Below, in pieces: positions 25,006-36,693 of a DNA stretch of 64,000 nucleotides. The position numbers and the translations under genes were made by a program. This DNA comes from Utricularia gibba. Lineage: Eukaryota; Plantae; Magnoliophyta. The notes beneath the pieces were generated by a model, which did no database searches, was not told the origin of the DNA, and saw only the letters and a program-made list of their open reading frames with translations. Position 1 is the stretch's first letter. Each line of letters begins with the position of its first letter. The stretch is from assembly GCA_002189035.1 (NCBI GenBank), contig NEEC01000010.1:2542001-2606000 (forward strand), read 5' to 3'.

Positions 25006-26246
25006 CAGGTGTTGTCTCAGCCTGAGGCGCGGCGGAGTTGGGTGCCTCTGTGTTTACCTTGTGATTCCTAGTCTGCTAGCCCACAATACACCTCATATAT
25101 TCAACGGGATGGCTGCCCAGATCCCTTTAACTTGTAGTCTTTTCCCTTCAGATTAATGTTGTCCTGCAATTTTCGAGTTTCTCCTTCAGCAGTCAGTGCC
25201 TGGTTTCATCACTATGGGGTTAATTTTGTAAAATCACCTTATTATCAAAGTAACAAGTAATTTACAAAAAAAAATTATTTCTTGTAATTATGCACGTGGA
25301 GCAGAGCTTCTTTCATTTTTCAATAAATTATTATTGAAGATGGATATGATCATAAATTATGTCAATTAAAAATCCAAAGAACTATCAGAATTATTGAAGA
25401 ATGTGTAATTTATGAGCTATGAATGATTACACATAAGATATATAAATATATTTTATAATTTAAATTAATATGAATAAATAATTTGTCCATTAAATAAATT
25501 AAATACTTGTATACGTTAGATTTCATTTAAACTTTGCATTTCTAATTTTTTTAACTGTTTTAAAAATAAAAAAATATTAATTTAATGATTAAAATAATAG
25601 TATCTGGGCCGGGCCGGCCCATGAAAGCATGGAATACTAATGGGCCCTACCCCCAACTTCTCCATTCCCCTCATGGCCCCCACCTCAAATATCATATGAA
25701 TATTAATAATAAGGCACCAAGTTGGAGGTGCGATGATTGGGTTTGGATTGGAATTTGTGTATCACGTTATGGACCATGTGGACGATCATTAATGGAATCA
25801 ATTGAAAAATCATCGAAATTCGTCGGAATATGATGGGGCAGGATTGAACTCCATTGTGGCCCCCACGTAATCTAGAATTTTTTTTAATGGTTAATAATTT
25901 TTTTTAATAATTCCATTACAAAAAATAATGTTCTCTGGTAAATGTCGTATGTTTCGCCACTGTGTAATAATAGTAAGTGAATTTAATGTACTAAATCTTG
26001 GACGCGCGTTGCAGTAAAAAACGAATCCAATTGGTCTTCTTCAACACGCACCACGAGACTATGGCGCAGCAAACGCACATGCGGCAAAACATGGTGGGGG
26101 CCCACTCCCAAGGCGCCAATGGACATCTCTTACCCTTGCGGGCCCCACTTTAAGCTGTCGGTGTCTGGTACTGTAATTGCGGCCACATGGCGAGGGTAGT
26201 TTGGGTAATCTGACCCCAGTGAAAGGGACCGCGTTATTTTCTAGAG

Positions 26247-26257
26247 CACGTGGTTTT
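26247..26257 (+). promoter_or_regulatory. G-box with T-rich 3' flank in the JAZ promoter (MYC2-type site)
   Basis: CACGTGGTTTT about 300 bp upstream of the JAZ ATG. Nearby are CACATG, GGGCCCAC (26098) and GGCCCCAC (26141). Confidence 0.5.
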
Positions 26258-26543
26258 TGCAATTCCGCCTTCGCATTTAATGCTTTTTCCGGGGTTATTT
26301 TAATTACTGGCTTTGAATCCGCATCTGCATCCTGCAACTTGTAATGACGCGATTTTCAAATCCACACATCTTCCTCGTGCCCCTTTAGACCTGATCCCAC
26401 CCTTTTTTTTTTCTTTCTTAATTTGTTTTATATACTCAGGTTTCAAACGGGGTTCCACTTGAAATTGAATCCCCCCAGCTTCTTCCTTCCTCATTTCGTT
26501 GCTTGCACGCAATCAAGATCCGATTTTTATACCCAGAGGGAAA

Positions 26544-27376
26544 ATGGGATCCTCCGAGAAAATGGATTCCGGCCCCCCCGCGACGAGGTCCGCTTTCTCA
26601 CGAACCTGCAGTCGTCTCAGTCAGTACTTAAAGGAGAACGGCGGTTTTGGGGAGTCCGGCCGGGGGTTGACTTTAGAGCCCAGAGGTTTGTGATTCCAGA
26701 CTGTTGATTTTTTTGAGGGCAAACGATTCGATGGGGTTTCTGGATCTCGTGCCGTTTCTGTTTTTTTGTTTCTGGGTGTTGGATTGTTTCTGATTGTTTT
26801 CAGTATTGGGAACAGGGACCTTGGATTTGTTGCCTAAGATTGACAAGGAACGTGAAGCGAAGGGTTCCCAGATGACCATATTTTACGGTGGTGAGGTCAT
26901 AGTTTTCAACGATTACCCGCCGGAAAAGGCCAGCGAGATCATGAAACTGGCGACCAGTTTGTCCGCCCCTCCGTCGGTACCGGCCCCCGACAGCCCCGCC
27001 GAATCGGCGACCACCTCATCGGCGCTCCGCCGTGCCAGTAAGTGTACAATTAATCACCGCCGCGAGGTCTAGCCAGGGGACTGGAGCTGATGTTTTTGTT
27101 CGTCTTGCAGCTCTGCCGATCACAAGGGGGCACTCGCTGTCACGGTTCCTTGAGAAGAGAAAAGATAGGTTAGCCTACCGGGTTTTTCTTCATTTTTTTT
27201 TTCTTGGTCTTTGTTTATTAAATGAAAATAATTAAGATATTAATATAATTAACTACGTACCCAGATTCCTTGCATCCGCGCCGTACCAAGTCAACAAGCC
27301 GCAGCTTAAGCCGTTGAACGAATCAGAGCCGGAGCCGGTGCTGCAGCTCGCGCCGCCGGTTTCTCGGATTAATTGA
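26544..27376 (+). CDS. JAZ/TIFY repressor (JAZ1/2-like), 4 exons
   Basis: N-terminal FSRTCSRLSQYLKENG and ZIM domain QMTIFYGGEVIVFNDYPPEKASEIMKLA. Jas domain TLPITRGHSLSRFLEKRKDR|FLASAPY with the Jas intron at 27169-27264. Exons 26544-26685, 26804-27037, 27111-27168, 27265-27376. Confidence 0.95.
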
Positions 27377-27639
27377 GTATAGTTGTGCGCCACGTGTGCA
27401 ACTGTTTCCTAATGTATTGCTTGTTTCCAGTAATTTCTAAGAATTTTTGTATTGTATATATTTTTTATTTGAATTTAAAATAATAATAATAATAATAAAA
27501 TATGGTAGAGTACAGTAGGTGTGTAGCTGCTCGCATGTCGTGATCGTGGGCCCCACCTTGTTCGGGAATCTAGATCCATATCATTTTACTACAGAATACA
27601 GTAATATTATATCATTTGGGCCGATTGCTTCGTTCAATG

Positions 27640-27730
27640 TGTGGGCCTAGCCCATGGGTAGAAGAAGAACCAGGCCCAAAGTTAAGGAAACCGATTGGTG
27701 CTGCCCTTACTAAGTTCCTTAAAACCCTAA
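27640..27730 (+). promoter_or_regulatory. Site II elements plus telo-box
   Basis: TGGGCC, AGCCCA and GGCCCA followed by AAACCCTAA at 27722-27730, 60 bp before ATG 27790. Confidence 0.55.
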
Positions 27731-27789
27731 TTCGAGAAGCCCAAATAGAGGGGAATTTTGGGGATTTTGTTTTCGTCGGGTTGGGAGAG

Positions 27790-28298
27790 ATGGAGGAGTT
27801 TCAGAAAGCATACGGCAGTGTTATGGCCACGGCACAGCAATCGGCTGCGAAAGTCGGGTCTTGGGCTTCTTCTCTAGAGAAAGCTAAATCCACAAACTCT
27901 TCGTCTTCTGGAGTCGGATACCCTGCGGATGCTTCCGGCTTGTTGATCACCCGGTCGCCGAGGTACAGAATCCCAAACTTGGATGCCTTCGTTTTGAGGG
28001 TTTCTTGCGTGATATTTTCCGAGAATTCATGTTTATGTTGCAAAATGGACCACTTACTCAAGCGATTCCACTTCAAATTTTCAGGATTTGAGAACTCTCT
28101 TCTTTGTTATTTGGATCGTTGCTTAACATTTTGCCTATGGTTCGCAAATGTTGTCATTGCAGGCAAGGTGTTTCAATTGGGGCCTGCTCAAAGCTCTGTG
28201 TATTCTTCTTTGTCGCTGGAATTTTCGTTGGTTACACTCTGAAGAAACGTGTCAATCGATGGGTGACCAAACTCCTGCGCAGGTTGAAAGATGAATGA
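27790..28298 (+). CDS. Small uncharacterised single-pass membrane protein, 2 exons
   Basis: Exons 27790-27962 and 28163-28298 splice in frame. Ser-rich N-terminus, then RQGVSIGACSKLCVFFFVAGIFVGYTLKKRVNRWVTKLLRRLKDE* (TM segment plus basic amphipathic tail, resembling a conserved plant small protein). Confidence 0.75.
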
Positions 28299-29150
28299 AT
28301 TCATGGTCTGTTATACAATTTTGATGAACCAAACTACCTAAAAGGATCCAAAGTCTTCAACATTGGAACCCTTTCTTTCGGTTATGATCCTCTTTTAGCT
28401 GTTCTTCCACTTGGAATTCCTCTCCCAGTCTTTCGGATACATGGAATGATCGGTTACATGGCTTCACAGATCCAAGCAAAAGCATGTTCCTTCAAATTCC
28501 TATGGCTAGTGCATTACAATGATTACATTGCCCCATCTCTGAAATCATGCTGCAAAGTTGAGATTCCCTCATGTGCAGAATTCAAGACTTTATAAGGGAT
28601 GAATTAGAAATGGTATAATGTGTAAAACATTGTGTGATAAAAGTGGATATACGTACGGTAAATTTTATGTCGAAGAATAAGGTGCGGGCAAGAATTTTGA
28701 ATTTAATATTATAATTTATCAAATTAATTTTCAAAAAAAATGAATAAGCGTTTCTAATGAAATGAGGCTTTCTTATTTTTTTTAAAAGAAATTATTTGAT
28801 AATAATATTGTTGTCTGATAGCGGGAAAAAAATCTTCACCAAAAATATCTTGGTTATCCGACGGGTCTGACGTCACCCTTCCCGTTTTTGATTGGCTTTC
28901 AGTTTCATCCCTGGTAGAGATTCCAGACGGCACGCTACCTTCATCCAATCGAAGCCCTCCGATTGGTGCCTGTGGGGCCACGTCTTCATCGCTCGGCGGA
29001 CGGACGGACGGACGGATGTCGATAAATTGGTGGGCTCATGGATACTGCAGACGAATCGGGGGAGAATAAAGAATCGGAAAAATATCTTCCAGTGTCTGCT
29101 CCACTCCCACTGAATTTATCTGGGATTCCGTCACTTTCCGGATTCTGCGG

Positions 29151-31155
29151 ATGGATCGAGCTTTGTTGCTAGTGATCGCCGTTGTAGCTTTTGTCGTTGG
29201 AGGTGCCACGGGATCGGAGCTTTTCGCGGGTGAAAATCCGATTAGGCAGGTTGTTGACGGTTTGCGGGAGATCGAGACTTCCATCACACGGATTGTTGGC
29301 AACTCGCGCCGAGCGCTCTCCTTCGCTCTATATGTTCATAGGTGACTTCATCTTTTTATGTTTATTTCGGGGTTTTTGCGGGATTCTGTTGTGGATGAAT
29401 CATGAAGGAGTTGTTTGTTGATTTGAACTTGGGGAGGTATGGGAAACGCTACGCGAACGATGAGGAGGTGCAGAGGAGGTTCGAGATTTTTGCCGACACT
29501 TTGAAGATGATTAATTCACATAACGGGAAGGGGCTTTCGTATACCATGGGCGTCAACGGTAAAGATTATCAGTTGCTTGTCCCATTTTGAAGTGATTGCA
29601 CTTGTCACTGAATCGGGTTTCGAGTGAAAACTTGCATTTCTGTTGTATTTTGGTTTCAGTAATTTAACTTTCATGATAAAATCATTGCTGATCCTCCTTC
29701 TGGTTTTTTTCTATTGGAAAACGACAGAGTTCTCAGATATGACATGGGAAGAATTCAGGACGCACAGACTGGGGGCAGCTCAGAACTGCTCTGCTACTAC
29801 TAGGGGAAATCACAAGCTGACTGATGCTATCCTCCCTGAATCGGTACTCCAAAATACTCAAAACTCCCAGAAACTAGTTTTTGTGTTATGAGCTTAGTTC
29901 TCGGATCATAACAAAAGGCTTTGTGCACCAATTCTTTGACTGCTGTCATGTATATTGAGAACATAAGGACTTCTTTATGTGGTTTAATGATGAATATCTT
30001 CCCTGAAAATTGTATCATCATCAGAAAGACTGGAGGGAATCTGGCATAGTAAGCCCTGTAAAAAATCAAGGTCACTGTGGATCTTGCTGGACATTCAGGT
30101 AACGCTAAGTTTCTGAGATATGCCTTTGTATGCCGAAGTGCATGAAGCGAACATGGGCCGCTTACGTTATTATTTTACAGCACAACGGGAGCACTCGAAG
30201 CAGCTTATACCCAAGCACACGGTATCGGTGTTTCTCTGTCAGAGCAGCAGCTTGTGGATTGTGCGGGAGCGTTCAACAATTTTGGATGCAACGGTGGACT
30301 CCCTTCTCAAGCATTCGAGTATATTAAATATATTGGTGGGCTTGAAACCGAGACCGCATATCCTTACACTGGCGAGAATGGCCTTTGCAACTATGCATCT
30401 GAAAACGCTGCAGTTCAAGTGATTGATTCCGTGAATATTACTCTGGTAACATTCTTGAGAAATCAATATTGAGTTGAACCTCCAAGAAGGTCAATCTCTG
30501 ACCCTTCATTTTCTCTTTCGACATGTTAATGAAATCATAGGGTGCTGAAGATGAACTTAAGCATGCGGTTGCATTCGTCCGGCCCGTGAGTGTGGCATTC
30601 GAAGTGGTTAACGGTTTTCGAGCATACAAGTCCGGGGTATACACCAGCACCACCTGTGGAAGCTCTCCAATGGTATACACTCCTACCTTTCCAAGCTAAA
30701 AACTTTATGTTTTTTAAACACAGCACCCTCATTGCGTTTCCTCTGGTAAAAGAACTCCCTGACTCCCATGTGTGCAACGATCTTCCTGCGCACAAAGAAT
30801 TCCCAAAGCATTCTTTCTTGTAAACTCCAGGTTGTGAACTATTATTTACCACGATCATCGTCTACTTGCAGGATGTAAACCATGCAGTCCTCGCTGTTGG
30901 CTATGGAATCGAAAACGGTATCCCTTACTGGCTCATCAAGAACTCATGGGGAGCCGACTGGGGAGACCAAGGCTACTTCAAAATGGAGATGGGCAAGAAC
31001 ATGTGTGGTAAGTCTCGAAAATGCTACATAGCAACATTCTCTAGATAAATGGGAATTGAGGAACTCTCGCCCTCTTCCTTCCAACTCACCATCCTCTCTG
31101 ATCACAATCTTTCGCAGGCGTCGCTACGTGTGCCTCATACCCCATAGTTGCTTGA
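29151..31155 (+). CDS. AALP: Aleurain-like thiol protease (cathepsin H-like, C1A), 8 exons
   Basis: Signal peptide and NPIR vacuolar sorting motif (29235-29246). Prodomain, QNCSAT minichain, [50 protein letters not shown]. All introns in phase. Confidence 0.97.
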
Positions 31156-32383
31156 AATGCAACCAGAGAGAAGATCCCTGGCAGGTCTGAGGGCCTCCTG
31201 TGTATGTGTACTTATGGTTTGAACTCTAGCTAGTGAAATAAGATAGATCCATAGGGAAATTGGCCTGAGGGTGCACGAGTATGAATCTGGAGCGCCACAC
31301 CTGTTGGTAAGTATCATGTCACACCCCGGGCCAAGGATCATATGTTAAGCATGCCGTACCTTCAATGAACTCCTGTCTTTTCCCCCAATTCATGCCTTCG
31401 CTGCGCCACAACAAGGCGGGTGATGGATGCTGAGGGTGAAAACACTCCAATTATCTGATCTTTTTAAGATGATGACAAGCACTCTCTTCACAATGAAAAG
31501 ACTCCAATTATCTGTCTTTCACAATGTTGGTGTCATGTTTTTCAGAATTTGTTATAAAACTTTATTGGAGGAATGAAGTGCCATATAGACACCTCACATG
31601 GTATTATATATAATCAACTTAAAAGTGATTAAATATATATATCACATAAAATTTTTTAATGTAATTATTTTTTTAAAAAATAATACTTTGAAAATAAAAA
31701 TATTTAAAACGAATAATATTATATAAAGTATAATAAGATCAACATTATATTTGATATCACAATCAAACCTTCATAATTGAGGATGGAACAAATGGTAAGG
31801 AGTATAAAATACTATTTGATGTTGTTTTAAAAAATAATTTCAAATAAACAATTTTTTCATAGGTACAATCCAAAAATGTTTCAAAAAGTTGTGAAACATA
31901 TAAAACGATTATTCAAAAATATGTTGTAATATTTCAAAGTTTATCTTTTTTAGAGTATTTCTAATACATATTTTGAATCGACATCAATTTTTGGAAATAT
32001 GAGAGGATAATATAAAACTATGATGATTTAATATAAATTAGTATTGTACAAATAAAACGTGTGTCATAAAATTCAAGATTTTGTGACGAGTCATCGTACT
32101 GAAATTATTTTAGATATAAAGGATAGAAGATATAAAGGGAATAAAAAAAGTTAAGATAATGTGAAATAAAATAGAGCAAAATGCTATTTACCAAAACCAA
32201 TTAAAAATGCGACTTCCTGATTTTGTTGAAACGTGTTCCACTGGGAAGCTGCTCTACATTTTCTTTGAATAAAATAATGAGAAGATAATAAACGGTAATT
32301 ATTAAAATATATGATTTTTGTTTGGATAAAGATGAGGAGCCGATGTGTTGTCGTGTAGATTCATCTGGGCAATCTTGGCCGAG

Positions 32384-33590
32384 ATGTCAATCGCCTTCGA
32401 GCAGAGCAACTCCGGCGGCTGTCGCCGGATCGACCTCTCAGGGTTCGTCATCCGAGATTTGGCCTACGGGCAGTCGGTTTACGACTCCACGGAATTCGCC
32501 TCCGGTAACCGCCGGCTATCGGAGGTTGTGGAGAAGAGAGAGGCGCCTTCTTCATCCTCATCCACCTCTTCGATAGGAAAGAACAGTGACAAGTCTGCGG
32601 AAGGGGGCGTCGGTGACGGAGATGAGGAGGAGGTGCAGAGTAATTATAAATCCGGGCCTTTGGACTGTTTGGAAGCTTTGGAGGAAGTTCTACCTATAAA
32701 GTATGCCTCTTTACTTTAAACTTTGAAAAAGGGTTTCTAAATTTGATGTTGTTATTCAATGATTCTGCATTTTTCGTTCTGCTCCGAGTTCCCGTGTTCA
32801 CCTCTTGCCCTTTTGGGATCTTGGGTACGACTCTCTCTGTAACATGCATCTGGTTGGGCTTTTTCTTTGAGAATGAATTGGGGAATCTTCTCGAATTCAT
32901 TAGAGTTTATGTTGTTGGAATTGGTTAGATTCAGCAACTTGAGGTCCGTATTATTTCCTAGCATCTCGTTTTCTGCAAGCTTAACGAAATCTTTGTTGTT
33001 TTTCATTCTTGATGCCTAGTTGAAACTTGAAACCTGAATTACAGAAGGGCTGGGCGCCCAAGTTTCTACTGTGTGCCTGTGTGTGTGTTTAAAATGAAAG
33101 ATCTCTACTTTGTCTTCACTTTTTCTGATGGTTTGAAGCTCATTCCAGGAGAGGCATCTCGAAATTTTACTGTGGTAAATCGAAGTCCTTTACGACATTA
33201 TCTGATGCAGCGTTATGCTCTTCTATCGAAGACATCGCTAAGCCAGAGAATGCATACACAAGGAAGCGCAAGAATCTTCTGGCTTCTCACATCTTCTGTA
33301 ACAAGAATTCCAACCATACGCTTCAAAGGCGAAGCAATGGCCTACCAAAAAGGCCTACATCTTCAAGAAGTATGGTGGGAATTTCGACAGCAATGAACTG
33401 CTATGACCCCATCAAAGGTGAAGAAGCTTGTGAATCATTCTCATCTGGTGGTGATTGCCACCTCCCGCCATTACCGCCCGCCCCAGCCACACGAGGAATC
33501 GCACAGCGTGCTGATCAAGACCACCCGTGGAGGTCCTTCTCTTATTCTGACTTTCAAGGTGCTGAAATTTCAAATCCTGATGGTGTATGA
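32384..33590 (+). CDS. OXS3-family (oxidative stress 3-like) protein, 2 exons
   Basis: SSSSSTSSIGKNSD, EEEVQS, LEALEEVLPIK|RGISKFYCGKSKSFTTL, KPENAYTRKRKNLLA, LPPLPP, WRSFSYSDFQ. Intron 32701-33148. Confidence 0.85.
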
Positions 33591-34745
33591 TATATAACTG
33601 CTCTGTGTAGTAGAATCAAACCGTAGATTCGTCTCGCCCTATGTCTGAATCATGTAGCCGCTCATGGAGGTGTAGGAGAACAAAATGCTGTTTCCCTGTC
33701 TGTCTAGGTTGCTGTCATGGCTTCCATGGGCTTGTTTTGTTGTAGCCTTGTGGGATGTTGGCTCTGTTCTCTTAATCAACTATTTTCCCTAAACACTCTG
33801 TCTAACACCTTCTTCTCCATCCAAATAAGAGGAATGCCATGGCAGTCCATGGTTCAAATGCAACATTTTTTAAGCAGCTTCCTTCCATGAGGCGAAGAAC
33901 TGGGAGATCACATCTCCTTGCAAGCTCCTTCAGTTAATGCAGCAAAACTAGAGCACCCCAGTTGGGCGCCACCATCTACAATCTTCGACAGTCACTTCCA
34001 ATTACAGGTCAGTCAACTCTCTGCAAAACATGTGAAAGCATCAAGTCACCACACATGACAACTAAGCAGCTCCTGTCTGTGTACGGAAACTGAATCCTGA
34101 TGAGCCAAGCTCCTTCACTTTCCCGCTGCAGACAGAGGGAAGCTCCCCGCCCCACAGTTAGTGGATAGCGCTTCCAGTTCTGGAGCTTGAGATAGAAGAA
34201 GCACAGCATCTATTCCTCCACAGTTGTCCAAGTCGACCAAGAAACAGGAAATGCTGTGTTTGGGAACACTTCGTTCTTCTTTTATATAAATAAACAAGAG
34301 CAATAGTTTGCAAACACGGCGGAAGACGAAGAGACGGTGCAGACGCCCAAAATATGTGGACGACAGGGGAGGCCTCTAGAGAGATGCAGGTAGCTGATTT
34401 GCCTCACGCAAGTGATCTCCGACATGGCACAAGGGACAGGGTATCTTATCTTCTAGAAGATGTCGTCGGCATGCCCAATTCAGAAAAAAAGGAAAATAAT
34501 AAAAAAGGTCAAACCTTGAGCCAGCATCGATGACTGCCACTGTGGAAAATGATATAGAATCGCCGGTTCCTTGAAACTCTGGGCTCTGGAGTCATAGAAT
34601 TCAAAGTGAAATTGTCAACTAGAGGAGGGAAACCCATGCGGAGTCGACGGTAGCGACCAGGCGTTGTTGTTTTAAAGAGTTCAACTTCCAAACGGCAGCC
34701 ATAGAGTTTTATCGCTCCGAAGTCCAGAACTTTCTGCCACCGTCG

Positions 34746-36121
34746 ATGGCAACCACCACCGTACTGGAAGCCCACAAAGTTGCTCCGCCGCCAGGTGCGG
34801 AGGAGATGACGCTTCCCTTGTCCATGTTTGACATGATGTGGATCCGCTTTCACCCGATTCGCCGTCTTGTATTCTATGACTGCCACTGTTCCACGCTGGA
34901 GTTCACGGACACCATACTTTCCCGGCTGAAGGAATCCCTCTCCCTCGCTCTTAAGCACTTCCCCCCGTGGCCGGACACTTGATTTACCATAAAGACAAGG
35001 AGAACAAGCCTGTTCTCCGTTACGTTCCCGGCGACGCTGTTCTGTTGTCCGCGGCGGAGTCCACCGTTGACTACGATGAACTCGTCGGAAATGACATCCG
35101 CGACGCCGATCTGTTTTACGATTTCATCCCGCTGCTTCCTGTTATCGATGAAGAGGACGAATACAAAAAAGTCCCCCTCTTTGCCGCGAAGGTAACCGTT
35201 TTTCCAGGGCGTGGGATTTGCATCGGAATCACTAATCATCACTGTCTGGGCGATGCGAATTCGATTTTCCGGTTTGTGACGGCGTGGGCTTCAATCTGCA
35301 AGCTTGCCGGAGGAGATGAATATCTAATTAGACCGGAGGAGAATTCTCCTGTTTTTGATAGATCTGCCATTAAGGACAACCTTGGAATCGACACAATTTA
35401 CTGGAAAGTGATGAGGGATACTCCCATCCAAACGTCGCCGTTTCCACTGCCGACGAACAGAGTCCGATCGACGTTCATTCTCTCGCCGGACGACATAAAG
35501 AAGCTCAAAGAAATAGTCATCGCGGAGAAACCAGGCCTAACTCATGTATCCTCCTTTGTGGTAACATCTTGCTACACCTGGGTTTGTTTCGTCAAATCCG
35601 GCGACGCCGCTGGCGAGGAATCCACCGGCGATGGACTGGAACTGCTGGCCTTCGCGGCGGATGCTCGCAGCCGGATCGACCCGCCAGTGCCAGAGACTTA
35701 CTTCGGAAACTGTTTGGCGGGCGGGTACGCATCCTTGAAGCACGAGCGGCTGCTCGAAGAAGACGGCTTCATCGCTGCAACGGAGGCGATAGCAGAGGAC
35801 ATCAAGAACAGAGTGAGCAAAAAAGAGGAAGTGCTGAAAGGCGCTGAGAATTGGTTCTCTTCTTCGCTAATGGAGCAGTTTAAATCTGTACGGCCGTTTT
35901 CGATTTCCGGGTCCCCGAAATTCGATTTCTACGGCGCCGATTTCGGGTGGGGGAGAGGGCGGAAGGTGGAGGTTTTGTCGATCGACGGCGAGAAGTACGC
36001 GTTTTCGCTCAGCAAGTGGAGGTTCCCGGAGGCCGGAGGCTTGGAGATTGGCTTGAGTCTACCGGAGAAACGAATGGCAGCCTTCGCCGCCATCTTTGCC
36101 GATGGGTTAAAGCGAGGCTAA
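34746..36121 (+). CDS. BAHD acyltransferase (phenolic glucoside/anthocyanin malonyltransferase clade), intronless; frameshift at 34961-34966 as assembled
   Basis: LPLSMFD..W and IRRLVFY; SLSLALKHFP(P)VAGHL across the shift; HCLGD (HXXXD), YFGNC, DFGWG. Confidence 0.92.
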
Positions 36122-36693
36122 GGTCCAACTTCTGAAATTCAGAAGGGGAAAATACTATATAATTATGCTGGGCCCCAGCCCACAGATTCCCTGGTGTACC
36201 TGGACCGTACCAATCTTACCATATTTGAAAGTCCATTACACAATCATGGGAATGCCGTCTCATTTTGTCCAGTTCTTACCAAGTTTTTCCATTCAGAAAC
36301 ACTGAACCCTCACACCAGCCGAGTTCAAGTAGAACTCTCATGGCGTTCACAGACATTGTTGATGCTTGGAAAGGCAGTTGAAGGTTGCTAGTTTTTCCAT
36401 CATCCAAGCGAACCGTCGTTGACGCCATGCGAACTCCGTCCTCGACGAATTCGAATCATTTGACAAAATGGAGACTCAAGAAAAATCTGAAGTGGGAAGT
36501 AGGACACCAGTTCCCACCCTATCAAGCTGCAAAGATAAAAGCCTTGCACTGAATTCATGTCCTTAGAAACAAGAGTTGTCTAGTTAGAGGAGAAAGTGTA
36601 AATACCTTGAGGAATCTGAATCACTACTCACTTCGGAAATGGCTAATCGATCGATCATGTGGAGGGACAGTTCTGATAGCAGCAGCCAAACAG

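Noticed and set aside
31317-31530. TGTCACACCCCG (gypsy-LTR-like start) and short local repeats (ACTCCAATTATCTG twice)
   Set aside because: No matching LTR end, PBS/PPT or TSD found; too short to support.
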